64,000 nt of DNA from Mytilus edulis (Eukaryota), in the NCBI RefSeq assembly GCF_963676685.1, contig NC_092347.1, positions 11,098,001-11,162,000 of the forward strand. The letters run 5' to 3'. Below the pieces are notes generated by a model, which worked only from the letters and a program-made list of their open reading frames with translations, was not told the origin of the DNA and searched no databases. The stretch's first letter is position 1; each line of letters begins with the position of its first letter. A program made the translations under genes and the position numbers. Positions 12,072 to 25,599 of the stretch are shown here, piece by piece.

Positions 12072-13935
12072 ACAAACAAACAAACAAACAAACAAATAAT
12101 TTATTAGAGTCTCACCTCTTTAACACATTTGATATAAAACACAATATAATATTAACAATTTATAAAAGAGCCACTCTAAAAAGAGTTGTGATAGACTGTA
12201 AAACACAGATTAAAATACATTTATATTACATCTATAACATATATCAATATATCTTAGCATAAAACAATATACTATTAAAAACAATTATACAAAAGAAAAC
12301 AAACAACATTCATTATTATATACACTTATTACGAGTATAAAATACACTTTCTCTTAAATAGTACTTCATGGCAGATTTTGGCTGTAAAATAACAAACTCT
12401 ATCATCATGAAACATAAATAAAAACTGTTCTTCATTACTTAAATTACTAAAACTACTTTCTATATTACATACACTGTTAAAAAAATATCGTTCGCAAATC
12501 TGTATATTCTGGGCATTCTAATAAACATGTTTTTCATCTTCAATTATATTCAATCATTTTTTCTACAATTAAAACAAAACCTTTCATTTATATCTATACC
12601 TTCATATCTGCCAGTTTCAGTTTTAATCGGAGCAATACCTGCTCTAAATTTAGCATATGCACTTCTATATTTACCGGGCATACTAAAACTTAAATATTTT
12701 CTGTACAATAATTTGATTTAAATAACCGGTAAGTACGCAATTTATTGCTTTCATTAGCTAGTAAATTTAAATGCCAATTATTGGCAGCAGTCCTTTTGCG
12801 CCAATAACTGTTTTTCAGGGGTATCATTTGCGCCAAATTTTGTTTTCAAAATGTATCAATTGCGCCAATATTCGGAACTCATTTGCGCCAATTTGCCTAT
12901 ACACATATCTATCATAAATATTAGTGATTAAAATTTATTCTTATTTTGGCTTAAAAAGTATCAAATGTTCGGAGATGAGCATCTGGTGAGAAATGACTCG
13001 AATTGCAATAGACAGTCCATGTACCGAGAGGGAAAAAACATATTGCCTTGCTGAATATTTAATACAATATCTGCCAAAAGAGAATAAAATAGAAGCTTTT
13101 GATGATTATGTTTTAGCCACATATATGTTGATGACACAGTGCTTTGTTCCCATCATCCGTATGGGCTGAAACTCGATCTACAACAAGACGTATCAGTTAT
13201 GAAGCAGAAGCATTTCACAGGAATCATAATGAACTGTTTTATGCATTTCATCCTTAAAAATATTTGTCTTTTTGGACGATAAAGTTACAAGCTACTACAT
13301 ACATTAAATTGGGAGGTAGCCATTCAGCAGCAGTAAAAAGAAAGTATTTCTCAGTAAAGGAAACATTTGTCGGGTAAACTATCGGTTCCAAGTCAGAATA
13401 AAGAAGGAGGGAAGTAATTTTTCTTCTAGTTGGCGCAATCGTATGTTTTATTTTTGGCGCAAATGATACCATGTAATTTAAAAACAGGTGGCGCAAACGT
13501 AGCATTGAAGAAAATAAGTTGTGGCGCAAAAGGACGCATTTTTGGCGCAAACGGATCTCTCCCCAATTATTTTGGTACATAATACATAGTTTGTTTTCAA
13601 TATCCTTAATAACAGACTTGCATAAAATACATTCAGTATTACACTACTGATTAAGATCAAGTTCTTTAAACTTTGTATTCACTAGATACAGTTCCAATTT
13701 TTTCTTTTATTAAAACTGATATTATTACTCCAAAGAAATTTTTTCTTATTAAGTCAACAATTAGACATTTTATTTAATCGTAACCATGTCCTAAATATGA
13801 AAGCCCATGGTTTAACAATACATGGTTTCCATCCCATATCTCCCTAAAGTGCAAAGTTAGGGGTAAATCTACCCACTCCCATAAAAAATCTCATAGCCTT
13901 ATGTTTAACATCGTTTATACATTAAAATTAACACA
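12072..13935 (-). mobile_element. 5'-truncated CR1/L2-group LINE, interrupted by a Mutator-like element
   Basis: Minus-strand peptides AMRFFMGVGRFTP..GDMGWKP, NKLRTYR and RSAYAKFRAGIAPIKTETGRY, with stops and frameshifts. Ends in AATAAA plus a (TTTG)n tail at 12072-12105. Confidence 0.85.
12783..13562 (+). mobile_element. Mutator-like (MULE) deletion derivative
   Basis: Perfect 9-bp TSD CCAATTATT (12774-12782 and 13563-13571); imperfect GG...CC TIRs with repeated TTTGCGCCAA; degenerate transposase-like peptide FDDYVLATY..FPSSVWA..EAFHRNHNELFYAFHP. Confidence 0.85.
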
Positions 13936-13981
13936 AGTAAAAAGTAAGAGCTATGAATATGATATTGTTTATTCACAGCCC

Positions 13982-14080
13982 GAACTCGAATAATCCAAGC
14001 TCTTACCGTCTCCAATTCTCTTCACCTTTAGAGGTTAATGTAGACTAAAGTGATAGATAACGACTGGATTATTCGGGTTA
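13982..14080. mobile_element. 99-bp MITE upstream of the Ctr gene
   Basis: TIR AACTCGAATAATCCA / TGGATTATTCGGGTT; direct repeat TCACAGCCC on both sides (13973-13981, 14081-14089). Confidence 0.75.
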
Positions 14081-14723
14081 TCACAGCCCATCGAATTTAT
14101 AATCCAGTATACATGGCTTGTTTTCTAATAAACTTTGTACGATATAAATTATAAATATAAGGTTGAAAGTTATGTGATAGTTCATTATTTAAACATTATT
14201 CCCAAAATTGTTCCAAAGAAAAAAATATGCTATTCAAAGATGCCTGTAAAATGTGTCTGTTTATTTAATTGATATATGTATATTGTTTCTTATCGGGTAT
14301 TGTATTTAGATTCAAGGCAAAAACTTTGAATATTCTTCATTTTTTCACTGATTTATTATTTAATGACCATATCCTGAAGCTCTACATTTATCTTTAGCCA
14401 TTCACCGTATTTTGAAAAAAAATCATAACTTAGTCTATAATCACACTGTCACGTGTTTAAAAATAATTTTAATTGTCATCATAAATTTTCGGTAATAATC
14501 AGTCGATATCATCAAACTATGCCGCAAACCAATCTACCCAAGCTTACAGCTAGATATAGACATGAAGACATGAATGATAAATATTTTAATTATGATTTCA
14601 AAGAAATGATATTACTCAAAGTCTTTTGTGTCTCATCACTAATGAAGAGGCCAAGCTCAGTAATACTATATCAATCGAAATTTTGCCAAATTATGTCATA
14701 ATTTTGTTGAAGACACACCGAAA

Positions 14724-14735
14724 ATGTTGAACAAG
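14724..14735 (+). CDS. SLC31A: Ctr/SLC31 copper transporter, putative first coding exon (MLNK)
   Basis: aaaATG TTG AAC AAG followed by GTATGT donor; phase 0 matches the next exon. Confidence 0.6.
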
Positions 14736-15431
14736 GTATGTATATATGAAACATATAGTTATGTTTGTGATTTGTTTCTTCCATTTATTCTTCGTTTCAC
14801 GACTATTTACCAGTCTAAGCATTCTTCTTTGTAATATCATTTTTTAACAAAATAAATAAGTATTTCAATTATGTAGTACTGTACATGTATGCATTGTTTT
14901 GTTATGATATTTAGTCGGGGACAGTGATATTTATTAATTTTTACAAGTATATTTTAAAATATGTCCCTTTTTCTTGTACTTTATTTGTTGAACGAACCGA
15001 GTCAGTTATCCGCCTATTTTTGGTTTGTTCAGCAGGATACCGTATCGTTATATAATACAGCAGCAATATACATGTGTATATGAATAAAAGGTCACGGTGG
15101 GGTATGATTCAAGAACACACTTATTTCGTAATTGATCTCGTTTAGACAATACATTCAAATTTAACCAAATGAATCGCACTTGCTCTATCTAAAAAAATAT
15201 ATTTACAGTGAAGTGTACTACAATTGGGAAAAATAAAATCAAGGTTGTAGAAAAATCCACCAGCTCTTACTCAAAATATGAACAATTCTATGTTAAGGGG
15301 GTCTAAAATTCTGCTTTACATCTTCAGGCAAACCAATTTTTGACCTTTTGAACTGGAACAAATCACCCATTTTTTTTAACATGATTGTAATTTTATCCCC
15401 TTATTCAATATTTCATGCATGAAATATATAG

Positions 15432-16016
15432 AAAGGAGTAGGTCCGGTAAGGGCTGATTTCGGCCTTAATTTCTAAGTGAATCTAACGAAAAATTTTAGA
15501 CATTTTTTTAACACTAAAGTGTCTATTTTAATTGATTCAGTTAGTTTATGTGCAAGATTTTAACTGATTAAGTCATTAAAAACGCTTCGATTCAAGCATA
15601 AATATGACAAATCTATCAAATATATGCTAAAAATCGTCACTTTTCAGATTTTTTTGTCAAAAATTAAAGTGGCCGCATCCGTGTTCATCCTCAACCTTTA
15701 TATATATTATGTATAATCATCAAATACAATTTACATTTCAATATTATGGATGAACACGAATACGGCCACATTCATCTAAGACGGAAACCGTCTAAAATTT
15801 TACTAAAATGCAAAAATTGTGAAAATTTCAGTAATTTAGTATGACTTAATGATGCTAATACTCGATATATGTGCATTATATTGTCAAAAACAGCCCATAG
15901 TTATGTAGCAGAAGCATTCTTTTTTTCAATAAATATCTTAACGATTACATATTCACAATTTTCTAAAACTGCTAAATTTTTGGGCCGAAAAGGGGTTTTA
16001 CTGAACCTACTCCTTT
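15432..16016. mobile_element. MITE in Ctr intron 1
   Basis: TIRs AAAGGAGTAGGTCCGGTAA / TTACTGAACCTACTCCTTT, extending to TTTCGGCC / GGCCGAAA. Confidence 0.75.
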
Positions 16017-16672
16017 GTAAAGCGTATGAAATAATGTGCCATTATTATAACTTAAACACTGTCCGAACTAGGAACTAATATGTTCTTGACAACAACAAAG
16101 AAATGAAAGAATGATAACTGAGTACTCTGACCCGTATATGCCAATGAAACAGCCACCTACGTAACAACCGTGACAAACTCAAAACTACAACATATTGGAA
16201 AAGCATTCTTCAACACTTTACATGTGTCTTTTAAGTTTACAATGTGAAGTTTTGGATTAAACTGTCTAATAAAGCAATGTAAATCTAAATGTATACATGT
16301 TGATTTGAACAAATTTAATATGCATAAATCTTTCTTGAATTCTTTTAAAGATAAAGGAAAATAATAAGTTGCAATACAGCCGGAATTTCGACAAAAATAT
16401 AAAAAAAACTAAACAGAAATATGTTACGGTAAATCTATGATCCTGTTGTTTAATTCTAATAGAACCATAACATCTGAATAACCCTTATCTTTTTTTTCAT
16501 TTTAAACAGTGAACAAGAGTAGTCGAGAAGTAATTTTACTTTTATGAGTTATCTTTCGTTTGTCCAAAATAAGTAGCAATACGAGTTCTTTTGATGTAAG
16601 TTTACCTCCATACGTCTGTTACAGTAATCAATTGGTAATTCTATCTCGACTGTCATTGAATTTCTTTTTCAG

Positions 16673-16736
16673 CTGTTTACCCTTAAGACCGACTCCTCTT
16701 TTTTGTTTGCTGACTGGAATCTGTCAACATTACAAG
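16673..16736 (+). CDS. SLC31A: Ctr/SLC31 exon 2 (ectodomain)
   Basis: Acceptor tttttcag, donor GTAGGT. Encodes LFTLKTDSSFLFADWNLSTLQ(G), matching the Ctr F..LF..W pre-TM1 pattern. Confidence 0.85.
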
Positions 16737-17652
16737 GTAGGTTGTCCATTTGGTTAAATTTTATTATGTCACAAACGTGTGCTGCACAGAACCCCAAAAA
16801 TATGTGAAAAAGCACTCTTATTTGATCTTTAAGTTAGCTTGAATGTGAATGTAATTATTTAATTGAGAATTTTGAAACAATGCATATGGACGATAAGTTT
16901 ATATTTATAATGAGATCCGAGCAAGTTCAGAAATGTCTATGTAAAATTTTGCAGAAATGTTTTATGAGAAGGAAATTATTTACATTTGATTGAAGAAGTA
17001 CATTTTTATTTTGATAGCCTAGTTTTTGTCTAAGTTTTAAACATTAAGCATATTTGTTTTTCTCAAATCTTTAAAATAAGGTATTTTTATTTATTGAGAT
17101 TAATATTTTTATTATATTTATTTCTATTTTAGAAGACAATTGATAATTTTTTAATAAGAACTCTTATAGTGTTTTTCATATAATTAGTACTATCATTTTA
17201 TATTTTTTTTTTATATTTTTACAAATAGTTTCTTTGAAAGCGATTTTGAAAAAGTAATTTATTAGATTTTGAACTCTAGAAATATTCTACAAATTTAACA
17301 TGCAGTTTACGGTATTGTAAATATGTACATGTATGCTTTTAAAGTGTCTCATAAGTCAAATGTTTGGCTGGGCATTGATTGAATTTTAAAGATGTTACTT
17401 AATTTATATGTATATATGTAGTGTATCAATCGATGTGTGACACTCAAATAAAATATATATTTATTTATTTATTTATTATGCATTATTTGTGTTATTTTAG
17501 CCCTCACTATCGCTCGGGCAAAAATAATCCCGAATATAATACATACCCAATGTTAAAACTACAATAAAGTTTAGCTTGCATCAATTATTTCTTAAATAGA
17601 ACTAAGCATGAAAACGGTGAATATGTCTTTTATTGCATTATGAATCTTTTAG

Positions 17653-17758
17653 GATTGGTATTAGCATTATTAGCAGCCACTAGTTTTGCAGTTGTATATG
17701 AGGTTCTTGCATTTTATATACAGCTCAGGGAATCTTTGATACAACAACGGAATGGCAA
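17653..17758 (+). CDS. SLC31A: Ctr/SLC31 exon 3 (TM1)
   Basis: Acceptor cttttag, donor GTAAGT. Encodes LVLALLAATSFAVVYEVLAFYIQLRE.. with the conserved YE at the end of TM1; phases agree on both sides. Confidence 0.9.
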
Positions 17759-18755
17759 GTAAGTACACAATTATCTGTAATAACAGTTATCATGATTAAA
17801 CATATTTTTTTTGGTGTCAAATTTAAACCACACCATACTTTTCCTATGAGTAAAATTCCATCTAAAAGTAACTGCAAAAATAATGTATTTTGAGAGATGT
17901 TTCTGGAATCATATAAGTGAAGTTTCTGGACCTATATCTCGTTTTGAGTCTGAATAAATGACTGACAAACATAAAATAACTCATAAAGTGATCTTTATTA
18001 ATTTTGCTGAATTCTTTGTATTCTAGTCTTCGGTGGAAAGTTGTTACATTGGAGACAATACCAAGCAAAATTGATATTCATATTAACTCTTTTTATCATT
18101 CAGTTCGTCATCTGTCTTACTAGAATAACTTTAATTGCACAATAACTATATATATGAAAGAGTCATCGGGTTCAAAATGAAAACCTACACAGAAGTGTAT
18201 TATTTATAATAAGTTTTACAATTGAAGGCCGAGTCAAGACATTAAGGTTGCACTTCATTCAATTTAGACAAGTCCATATGAACTCCCTTTTTCGGCTTAA
18301 ACTGTGCCAATTTTGCTATGAAGTTTCGTAAAAAAATTATATCCTGACTTCAAAAGTTATATATATATATGAAATGATATTTTTTTTCAAAAGTAAAAAC
18401 ATAATTTTCAGTATATCGAACTCATTCACGCTTTTGATGAGTTGAAAGTTTTAATCCATATTTGAAAAGGATATGTTAAAACTGACTGTTTTTTTTCAAA
18501 GCGATTATGAACAGGTCAACAACATTACACTTCAGAACTAAATACTCGAAAATGCTTGTAAAACGCTTTTAGAAAGGTTTTGATAAGTTGATAAATGACA
18601 TTCAAGCTATTCTATTATAATTTACTGTAAATACAAAATAAATTGAAGAAAGTCACTTATTATTTGTTATTGAGACATTTAAGTTGGCTATGATATATAT
18701 GCACAGCCTTTCAATGTGACCTTGTATTTTAATGCTGTTCCTTCTTTATTTCCAG

Positions 18756-19131
18756 GTACACATTTAAGTCGTTTATAGGAACCCATTGTCTACTGTCAGT
18801 CGTCCGTATGCTGAAACTGTTTGTCGGGTACCTTTTAATGATGTGTATTATGTCTTACAACATATGGATGTTACTTTCAGCAACGCTTGGTGGGGGTATT
18901 GGTTATCTTTGTGCTAGGCCTATCATCAACACATGTTTCTTCAGAAACAGATACAGCTACAGTGTAACAGCAAATATTCGAACAGACCTTTTACCTATAC
19001 GTCAAAAAGCAAGTGAGGATTACGTCCCCTTTGGTTTATACTTCAACACTTCCGACCCATGGAGCAGTGCATCAACCAGACCAAACAGTATCTATGAACC
19101 GGAAGTAACCATGTACGTCTCTGTGCTTTAA
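18756..19131 (+). CDS. SLC31A: Ctr/SLC31 exon 4 (TM2, TM3, C-tail)
   Basis: Acceptor tttccag. Encodes GYLLMMCIMSYN (MxxxM) followed after 12 residues by GGGIG (GxxxG), the Ctr signature. Spliced CDS is 558 nt = 185 aa plus stop. Confidence 0.95.
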
Positions 19132-19283
19132 AAGATCGTGATGATGTAAAATATTTAACTGATGATAGATTTTGTGTTGTATTTGTTTCATGTTTGTGTT
19201 GTACTTGTTGCATGTTAGTGTTTAATTTACTTGTTGCATGTTCGTGTTTTAATGATCAGAAGTTATGTAGTGCTAATATGTAT

Positions 19284-19289
19284 AATAAA
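19284..19289 (+). terminator. Probable poly(A) signal of the Ctr gene
   Basis: First AATAAA after the stop (~150 nt downstream), followed by GT/T-rich sequence. Confidence 0.5.
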
Positions 19290-19863
19290 ACTTTTACTGC
19301 AGTTAAATGTGTCTGATTATGTCATTTCCTTAACTTTTTTCATTGGTATCTTCCATTGTATATCCATCTGAAATGAAATCTGCTAATTGTATCTGTTTTT
19401 TACCACCTGTTTCTTATTTCCTGACTATTTCCGGAATAATTTGAACAGTAATTACTGCACCGACTGATCTACTCTACGATCATTATCAGAAATTTATCAG
19501 AAAGGATATGTCTCGTAAAAGCCCACAATAAGTAATGATTTATACATGACCTGAATGTAATTCATCCTTATTAGTAAACGCGGTATAATATTAATGGCAA
19601 TAGCACATTATATTGAACTATAAAAAGAGTTTTACTTGTTAACTCAATTATACTAGGTACAATACCTCGTCAAGTCATCTGGGTACTTTTTAGCAAACTA
19701 TACAAATCAAGGCTGATCTGATTCTACTAAGTTAGTCTAAAACATATTCTAAAGGTCACATTACCTTTAAATGAGACAACATGGTGTTAGTGTTAACTAT
19801 TTATGAAATGATATTTAAAAGCTTTAGTTTACAAAAGGTATAAGACCATTATGCTTCTTCATA

Positions 19864-20035
19864 CCTTGTTTTGCAGATGTCTTATGTTACCATCTGTTAT
19901 CTCCCTTGTTTTGCAGATGTCTTATGTTACCATCTGTTATCTCCCTTGTTTTGCAGATGTCTTATGTTACTAAGTTCCCATCTGTTATCTCCCTTGTTTT
20001 GCAGATGTCTTATGTTACCCATCTGTTATCTCTCC
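19864..20035. repeat. 40-bp minisatellite, ~4 copies
   Basis: Unit CCTTGTTTTGCAGATGTCTTATGTTACCATCTGTTATCTC. Confidence 0.95.
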
Positions 20036-20769
20036 ATTGTCCTTGACCATAGTTTTATGATTAATTTGTTTAATAAACGATTGAAAGATTTTAAGAACTT
20101 GCACAGAATGGTCTGAATGTAAACGTCACATAGGTATAGTTTTAAATAATTTTGTCGTTCAAAGTATGAAAGAATATAGTCAACTGTTCTTTTAGACATA
20201 CCCTTCTGCAGATTGTAATTTAGAAGTTTACCTTTCCTTCTTGCCGCTTGTCTATTTTTTTTGTAATTATTTTATTTTTGATGATGAAACATGTGAAATT
20301 ACATACTACAGTATTCGATATGCCGCTTGTCTATTGGCTTATTGTGTATTTTTTCTATAAATGAGCAACGTCATTGCGTATTAAAGAAACCTGAAATGGC
20401 ATATAGACAAAGCATAAGCAAATATGAAAGACCAGAATACAAAAATTATAATAGAACAATAACGCAATAGCAGAATATTTAAGTACAGAGCTACGTCATA
20501 TGTATCAAAATAACACAAAAAGTCACACGGACAAAGCAAAAATGAAAGATAATACAAACAACAGAATGACGGGATGCATAAGTACAGAACCACGTCAAAA
20601 GGATTTGCCAAAAAAACAGACCAAACAGTAAAAGTAATGTTAATAAAGACAGAAAAAAGAACACTATCATACGTATTAAGATGATAAACAACGACAGTAT
20701 GCAGAATCTATACTTCAAGACCATCGTGTATTTTTTGTGAAGTTGATACGGAATATTTATCAACAAGGT

Positions 20770-21530
20770 CTTGGTACCTTCCGATGAACTTTTTTAAAAA
20801 GGGACGAGACGTTCTTTAACATACCCTTGGTTCATCAATTTTCTGCTCGGGAACTGGTGACGTTTAACACACTAAGAGTAGGAACAGAAAGCTCTTGAAT
20901 ACCGAATAAATTGGAAAATGTGTATCCAATATGCAGGTGAAGTTCGTATATTGCTTTTAAAGTGGGGAAAATTGATAATTTCAAAATTAAAATTGTCTCG
21001 TTCTAATACTGAAATGACCGTGTATGTCAAATTCGAGGTATAAGTCTAAAAATGAGGCGGATGAAGTCGTGTCTGTTGTTTCTTCAATTAATTGTTCTAG
21101 GGGATAATTATATTAATGGAATCAGAAAAGTGAGGATTGATAATGGAAAGAACATCATCAATATATCTGAAAGTGAAGTTAAATAACCTGGCTTCTTTTA
21201 TTTTTCTTGTTTTTGACAAGTGTCTGAAGGAACTCCGATTCTTATGAAAATAAGAAGAGATCGACAAGGAGAGGCGCACAGTTCGTTCCCATAGGAATGC
21301 CGACAATTTGTTGAAAAAGTCTACCTCCAAATTCAACAAATATGTTGTCGATAAGAAACTCCAGCAAACGGATCATTTGTTTCTCTGTGTAGCATGTTTT
21401 ACCCTTTTGTTCACTATTAACATACTGTGCCGTATGGTATATCAGAGTAATAAATTAATAGCGTATGCTCCCATTCTTTGTTGACAGACATTGTGGATTA
21501 TTTCTTTTAGGCGATGTTTTAATTTTTAAA
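20770..21530 (-). mobile_element. Degenerate Penelope-like retroelement RT fragment
   Basis: Minus-strand VGIPMGTNCAPLLVDLF, FRYIDDVLSIINP and QFIRYSRA, broken by frameshifts. Confidence 0.85.
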
Positions 21531-22918
21531 GATGTACATGTTGTACAAGTAGGATAAATCCGACATGACCTCATTTTCATAGTTCATCGGTTAATATCAA
21601 TTTTTTGTGGCTATGTCTGGATCATAGATGCTTTAAACAATTATATGTCATCTATATCGAATGTATTGAGTTTTTGTGAGGCGAACCTTCAGTCTTCAAA
21701 GTTCAAATGACGAGGTGTCATGCAATATACTAATGTGTATGATACATGTTTTACTCTAAGACTATTTTACATCTGACCAATGTGACTTGAAAAATAACAA
21801 TAAAAAATTAAGCTCATGTGATGCTAATTATAAAAATTGTTGAAAAGAGGGCTTCTGAGAGCTCGACCAAAATGATCCCTACCAGCTTTGTTTTTATAAT
21901 ATAGAGTATAAATACAAGTTTCTGTGTTTGGTTAATGAAAAAAAATTGCTGAACAATTACAACAGAGACATGAATTACTTTGAATGTGCTGTACGCTAGC
22001 ACCAATTACATCACAAAACCATGACAGTGCCATTAACATTATTTAAGAATAAACGCTCTTAAAACTTTGTGTTGCGTATGTACTGAATGGGTACATTCGC
22101 GACAGTATGCACTCTGTTATAACATAATGTCTTAAGAGCTAGTCCACGCGTGACTGTTTTATAATTGCAAGAGACAACTACATGAATACATGAGAGTGCA
22201 TCAGAGTGCATGTATCACGAAGATAAATTATGGACAATTAAAAGTAAAACATACGACATTCATCATTAATCAAGACCTATAGACTTTACATACATGTACT
22301 AACACCTTTAGGGAAATAACCTTTGGAGATAATAAAACCGCTAAGTTTTTTACTATAATCTGAATTTCGTTACATGTAGGTTGCATAATAACAGTTCATA
22401 GGAGAACCGATGGCATTACAAATGTACCAGTATTCCCAATAAAGACACATCCAAGTTACATTTAAACGGATATTTTTGTGCAGAATGTTGATAACGGCCT
22501 GATTTATAACAGCAACAACTAAAAAAAACCGAACACAGACATAAACCAACGAAAACCACTATACTACAGACTTCTAGCTTGAAAGCATATGAAGAATAAG
22601 GCAGGGTTAAGAAATATGTTTGAGCGTTCAACACTATTTTTAACCCGAGACAGTGGTGTAACAGCACAACACGAAAACGTTATCAACAAACTATAGAAAT
22701 CAAACGCCATTGGTTGAACTAAAAAAAAAGGTAATAGACACAAAGCATCGAAGTAAGAGTACTCGCAGTTACTGATCAAAGCATACAGTAAGTTTAAACC
22801 TTAATGAAAAATTCAAATGTAAAACAATGTATATGAAAATAAACATAAAAAACTGATACAAGTTATTTTTGCATAGAAAAGCGATCCTGACAGGTATGTT
22901 TTTTTCTTCAAAATTTAG

Positions 22919-23005
22919 AAATAAAGGCAACAGTAGTATACCGCTGTTCAAAAGTCATAAATCGATTGAGAGAAAACTAATCCGGGCAACAAACTAAAAC
23001 CGAAA
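22919..23005 (+). repeat. Interspersed repeat family (also ~46461-46695 and ~55323-55565)
   Basis: Shared head ATAAAGGCAACAGTAGTATACCGCTGTT..AAGTCATAAATCGA; class not determined. Confidence 0.7.
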
Positions 23006-24537
23006 AAGAATCATTTTTTTGGCGATAGTTCGTGATGCATTTGAATACTTTCAAAGCTGGAAAATAAGCTGACCTATAGAGTTTAATTTTTGTGCCAATT
23101 GGGCTTTTGTGGAGAGTTGTCTTATTGACAATCATACCACATCTTTTTTTTTTGGATATAAACAAACTTTATAATATATAACATTTGATAGTTATCAAAT
23201 AGACCAAAATGTATTTAAAATATCATCTGCATGTTAATTACTTCAGTATAAAGCTTTTATGAAGAAAGTATTGTCTATTTTTATAAAGAAGAGTTATTTT
23301 TATAAACGTATGTATCATACAATTCAACATACACCTAGATTGCTGCTTAATATCAAATCCGTATCTATATAGGTTACAATGTACCAAATAAAATTACATG
23401 GGCGCAGCCATTTTATGAATAGAACATGACATAGAGATAAAAATATATGGCTCTCTGTGATTGGTTGTTATATCATTTATGTATATTTTTTCTGGAAAGC
23501 ATAATGAATAAAGTTTTATGCAAGAACATATGTGTCCTTAAATGTATAGGATGAAGGGTAGGATTTTTTTTTTAATGTTGATCAAAATTACGGAAAATTT
23601 AATGCAAAATCGTAAGGTATCGTAAAAAAACCCAAAATACATCAAGAAAAGCCATGGGACCATATATATTCAAGTGCGGTAAAATCACAAATAGATATCG
23701 AGCTTCAATATTTTTTCCATAATTAGTTTATTAAAAACGCCATTTAAGAAAATAATTGCTAAAAATAGCATTGCCGGTAATGGGGCCCCCATTTAGTACT
23801 TTATATTCTATAACATACCAGAGAGCTATTTTACATACTTTAGGAATGAGGTAAAGTGCTATCACAACTAAGCTATTTTGTCGATGTGACTGGTTGTTTA
23901 ACGGAATGCCTTTTAGTTTCCCTAAATTTAACTTTAGAATGAATTTTCCACCGAACCCTTATAAGTATTACATTAAGTAACCTCTTTCTCAGTAAAAAAC
24001 ATTTTTCACTGTACAGTGAAAATGCTGTAAATACGTGTGTGCATATATTTTAGTTCCAAATATGAATATTTGTGTCGTCAAGCGTTCAAATTCGTTCCTT
24101 CCAGAATTATAGATGTGTTTAAGATCAATTTTATTATCCAATAGTCCAACTTTAATCCGTATCTTAGAAATTAATATTTAAACGATTTGAATAAAGTGAA
24201 ACCCAATGTCCACGGCTTCCCTCTTTATCTTCGCACAATTACTATCATTGTTTTTATAGAACAATGCAAGTTTCATGTTCGGAACCATATTGAAGTATGT
24301 TGATTTAACTAATGTCCTGCAATTATTTTATCACAATCGTTGTAATCTACAAATATGTTTAAAAAGTTTGTATGATATACATGTATGCTATTTATAAATT
24401 ATACATGTTTGCATCAATCCTACACTAATCTAGATTTTAGGCGGTATTTTTCATATGATGAATAAAATATTGTTATATAGGTCCACCATCATTAGGGATT
24501 GTCCTACAAATGTATATATTTAAAAAAAAAAAGTTTA

Positions 24538-24730
24538 TTGTTCCTTTACCTTGGTCGATGTCAGAATATCTGATAAATATCTGTGCCTTTTATAAACAAT
24601 CATCGGTGTTTTTGTGAATACTTCGTTGCACACCTCATTATCTCGTATGAGATGCCAATGTTTCAGAAGGTGTTTCCGTAATTTGCTTATGCAAGGATTA
24701 AATCTAGTAGCCTTTACAGGAGGGACATGA
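24538..24730 (-). mobile_element. Penelope-like element fragment (post-RT region)
   Basis: Minus-strand TRFNPCISKLRKHLLKHWHLI...FTKTPMIVYKRHRYLSDILTSTK, resembling the PLE KHW..L / P...YRR..NL.D.L motif. Confidence 0.65.
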
Positions 24731-25599
24731 AAATGCCTACCAAGAGATAGTTCTAGTTATAACTACCATAGTATTCGTTTACATTGTAACTCAAACTACT
24801 CCAGTGAGTTATACAAAGGAACGATTGGAATTATCACAAGTTCTTGGGTCATCGTCATGCCATTAGTTGACCTCTTTATGTGAACTATGAATTTGTGGTT
24901 TGGGCTATGTTAGAAATAAACGTGAACATAAAATAAGACTGACTTGGTGCCTCGATAGAACACGAGTCTCCTGTCATCATGGTCATGAGCGAAGTTATAA
25001 ACGCTGTGCAATTCCATAATCAGTATGACGTTATATAAATTATTTATATAAAATCCTTTCTCATAAATGATATTTTGCACAATATGCTTATTTGTAAATG
25101 AAATCAATTTGCGTGTAGAAATTAAAATAACCAAAGATGAAATATTCTATCTACAATTTTTAAACTCTTATATTGATAACATGGCAGTTAAAAGATTATT
25201 TTTAATACAATCAGACATATTTATGACTTCAAACACAAAAATTACACCAGTCTAGATGAAACATTATCTTTTTCCTTTTCTGATTGAAGGGAGTAACTGT
25301 TGACTCTTCATTTAAAAACAAAATCATAAAAAGTATACAAGTTTATACCTCAAGCTTTGAATTAATAATCATTACATTTAGACATATCATTCCAAGACCA
25401 ATACAAAAACAGTGTCAAAAACTTTTCTTTATTTATAAAAACCTGTCACAAACCCGATGTTTCTTGATTATGTATTTAACACAGGGATTGCCTTGTGCAA
25501 TTACTAAGTGCAAAATGTGTTGTTTTGTATTCGACATAGCAATAAATCTTTCGTTATAAATCCATGTAAAATTGAATGAACTAGCTAGAAGGATTTGTG

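Noticed and set aside
13900-19131. Metal-response elements (TGCRCNC) around the Ctr gene
   Set aside because: Only near-matches such as TGCACAG were seen by eye; no exact site.
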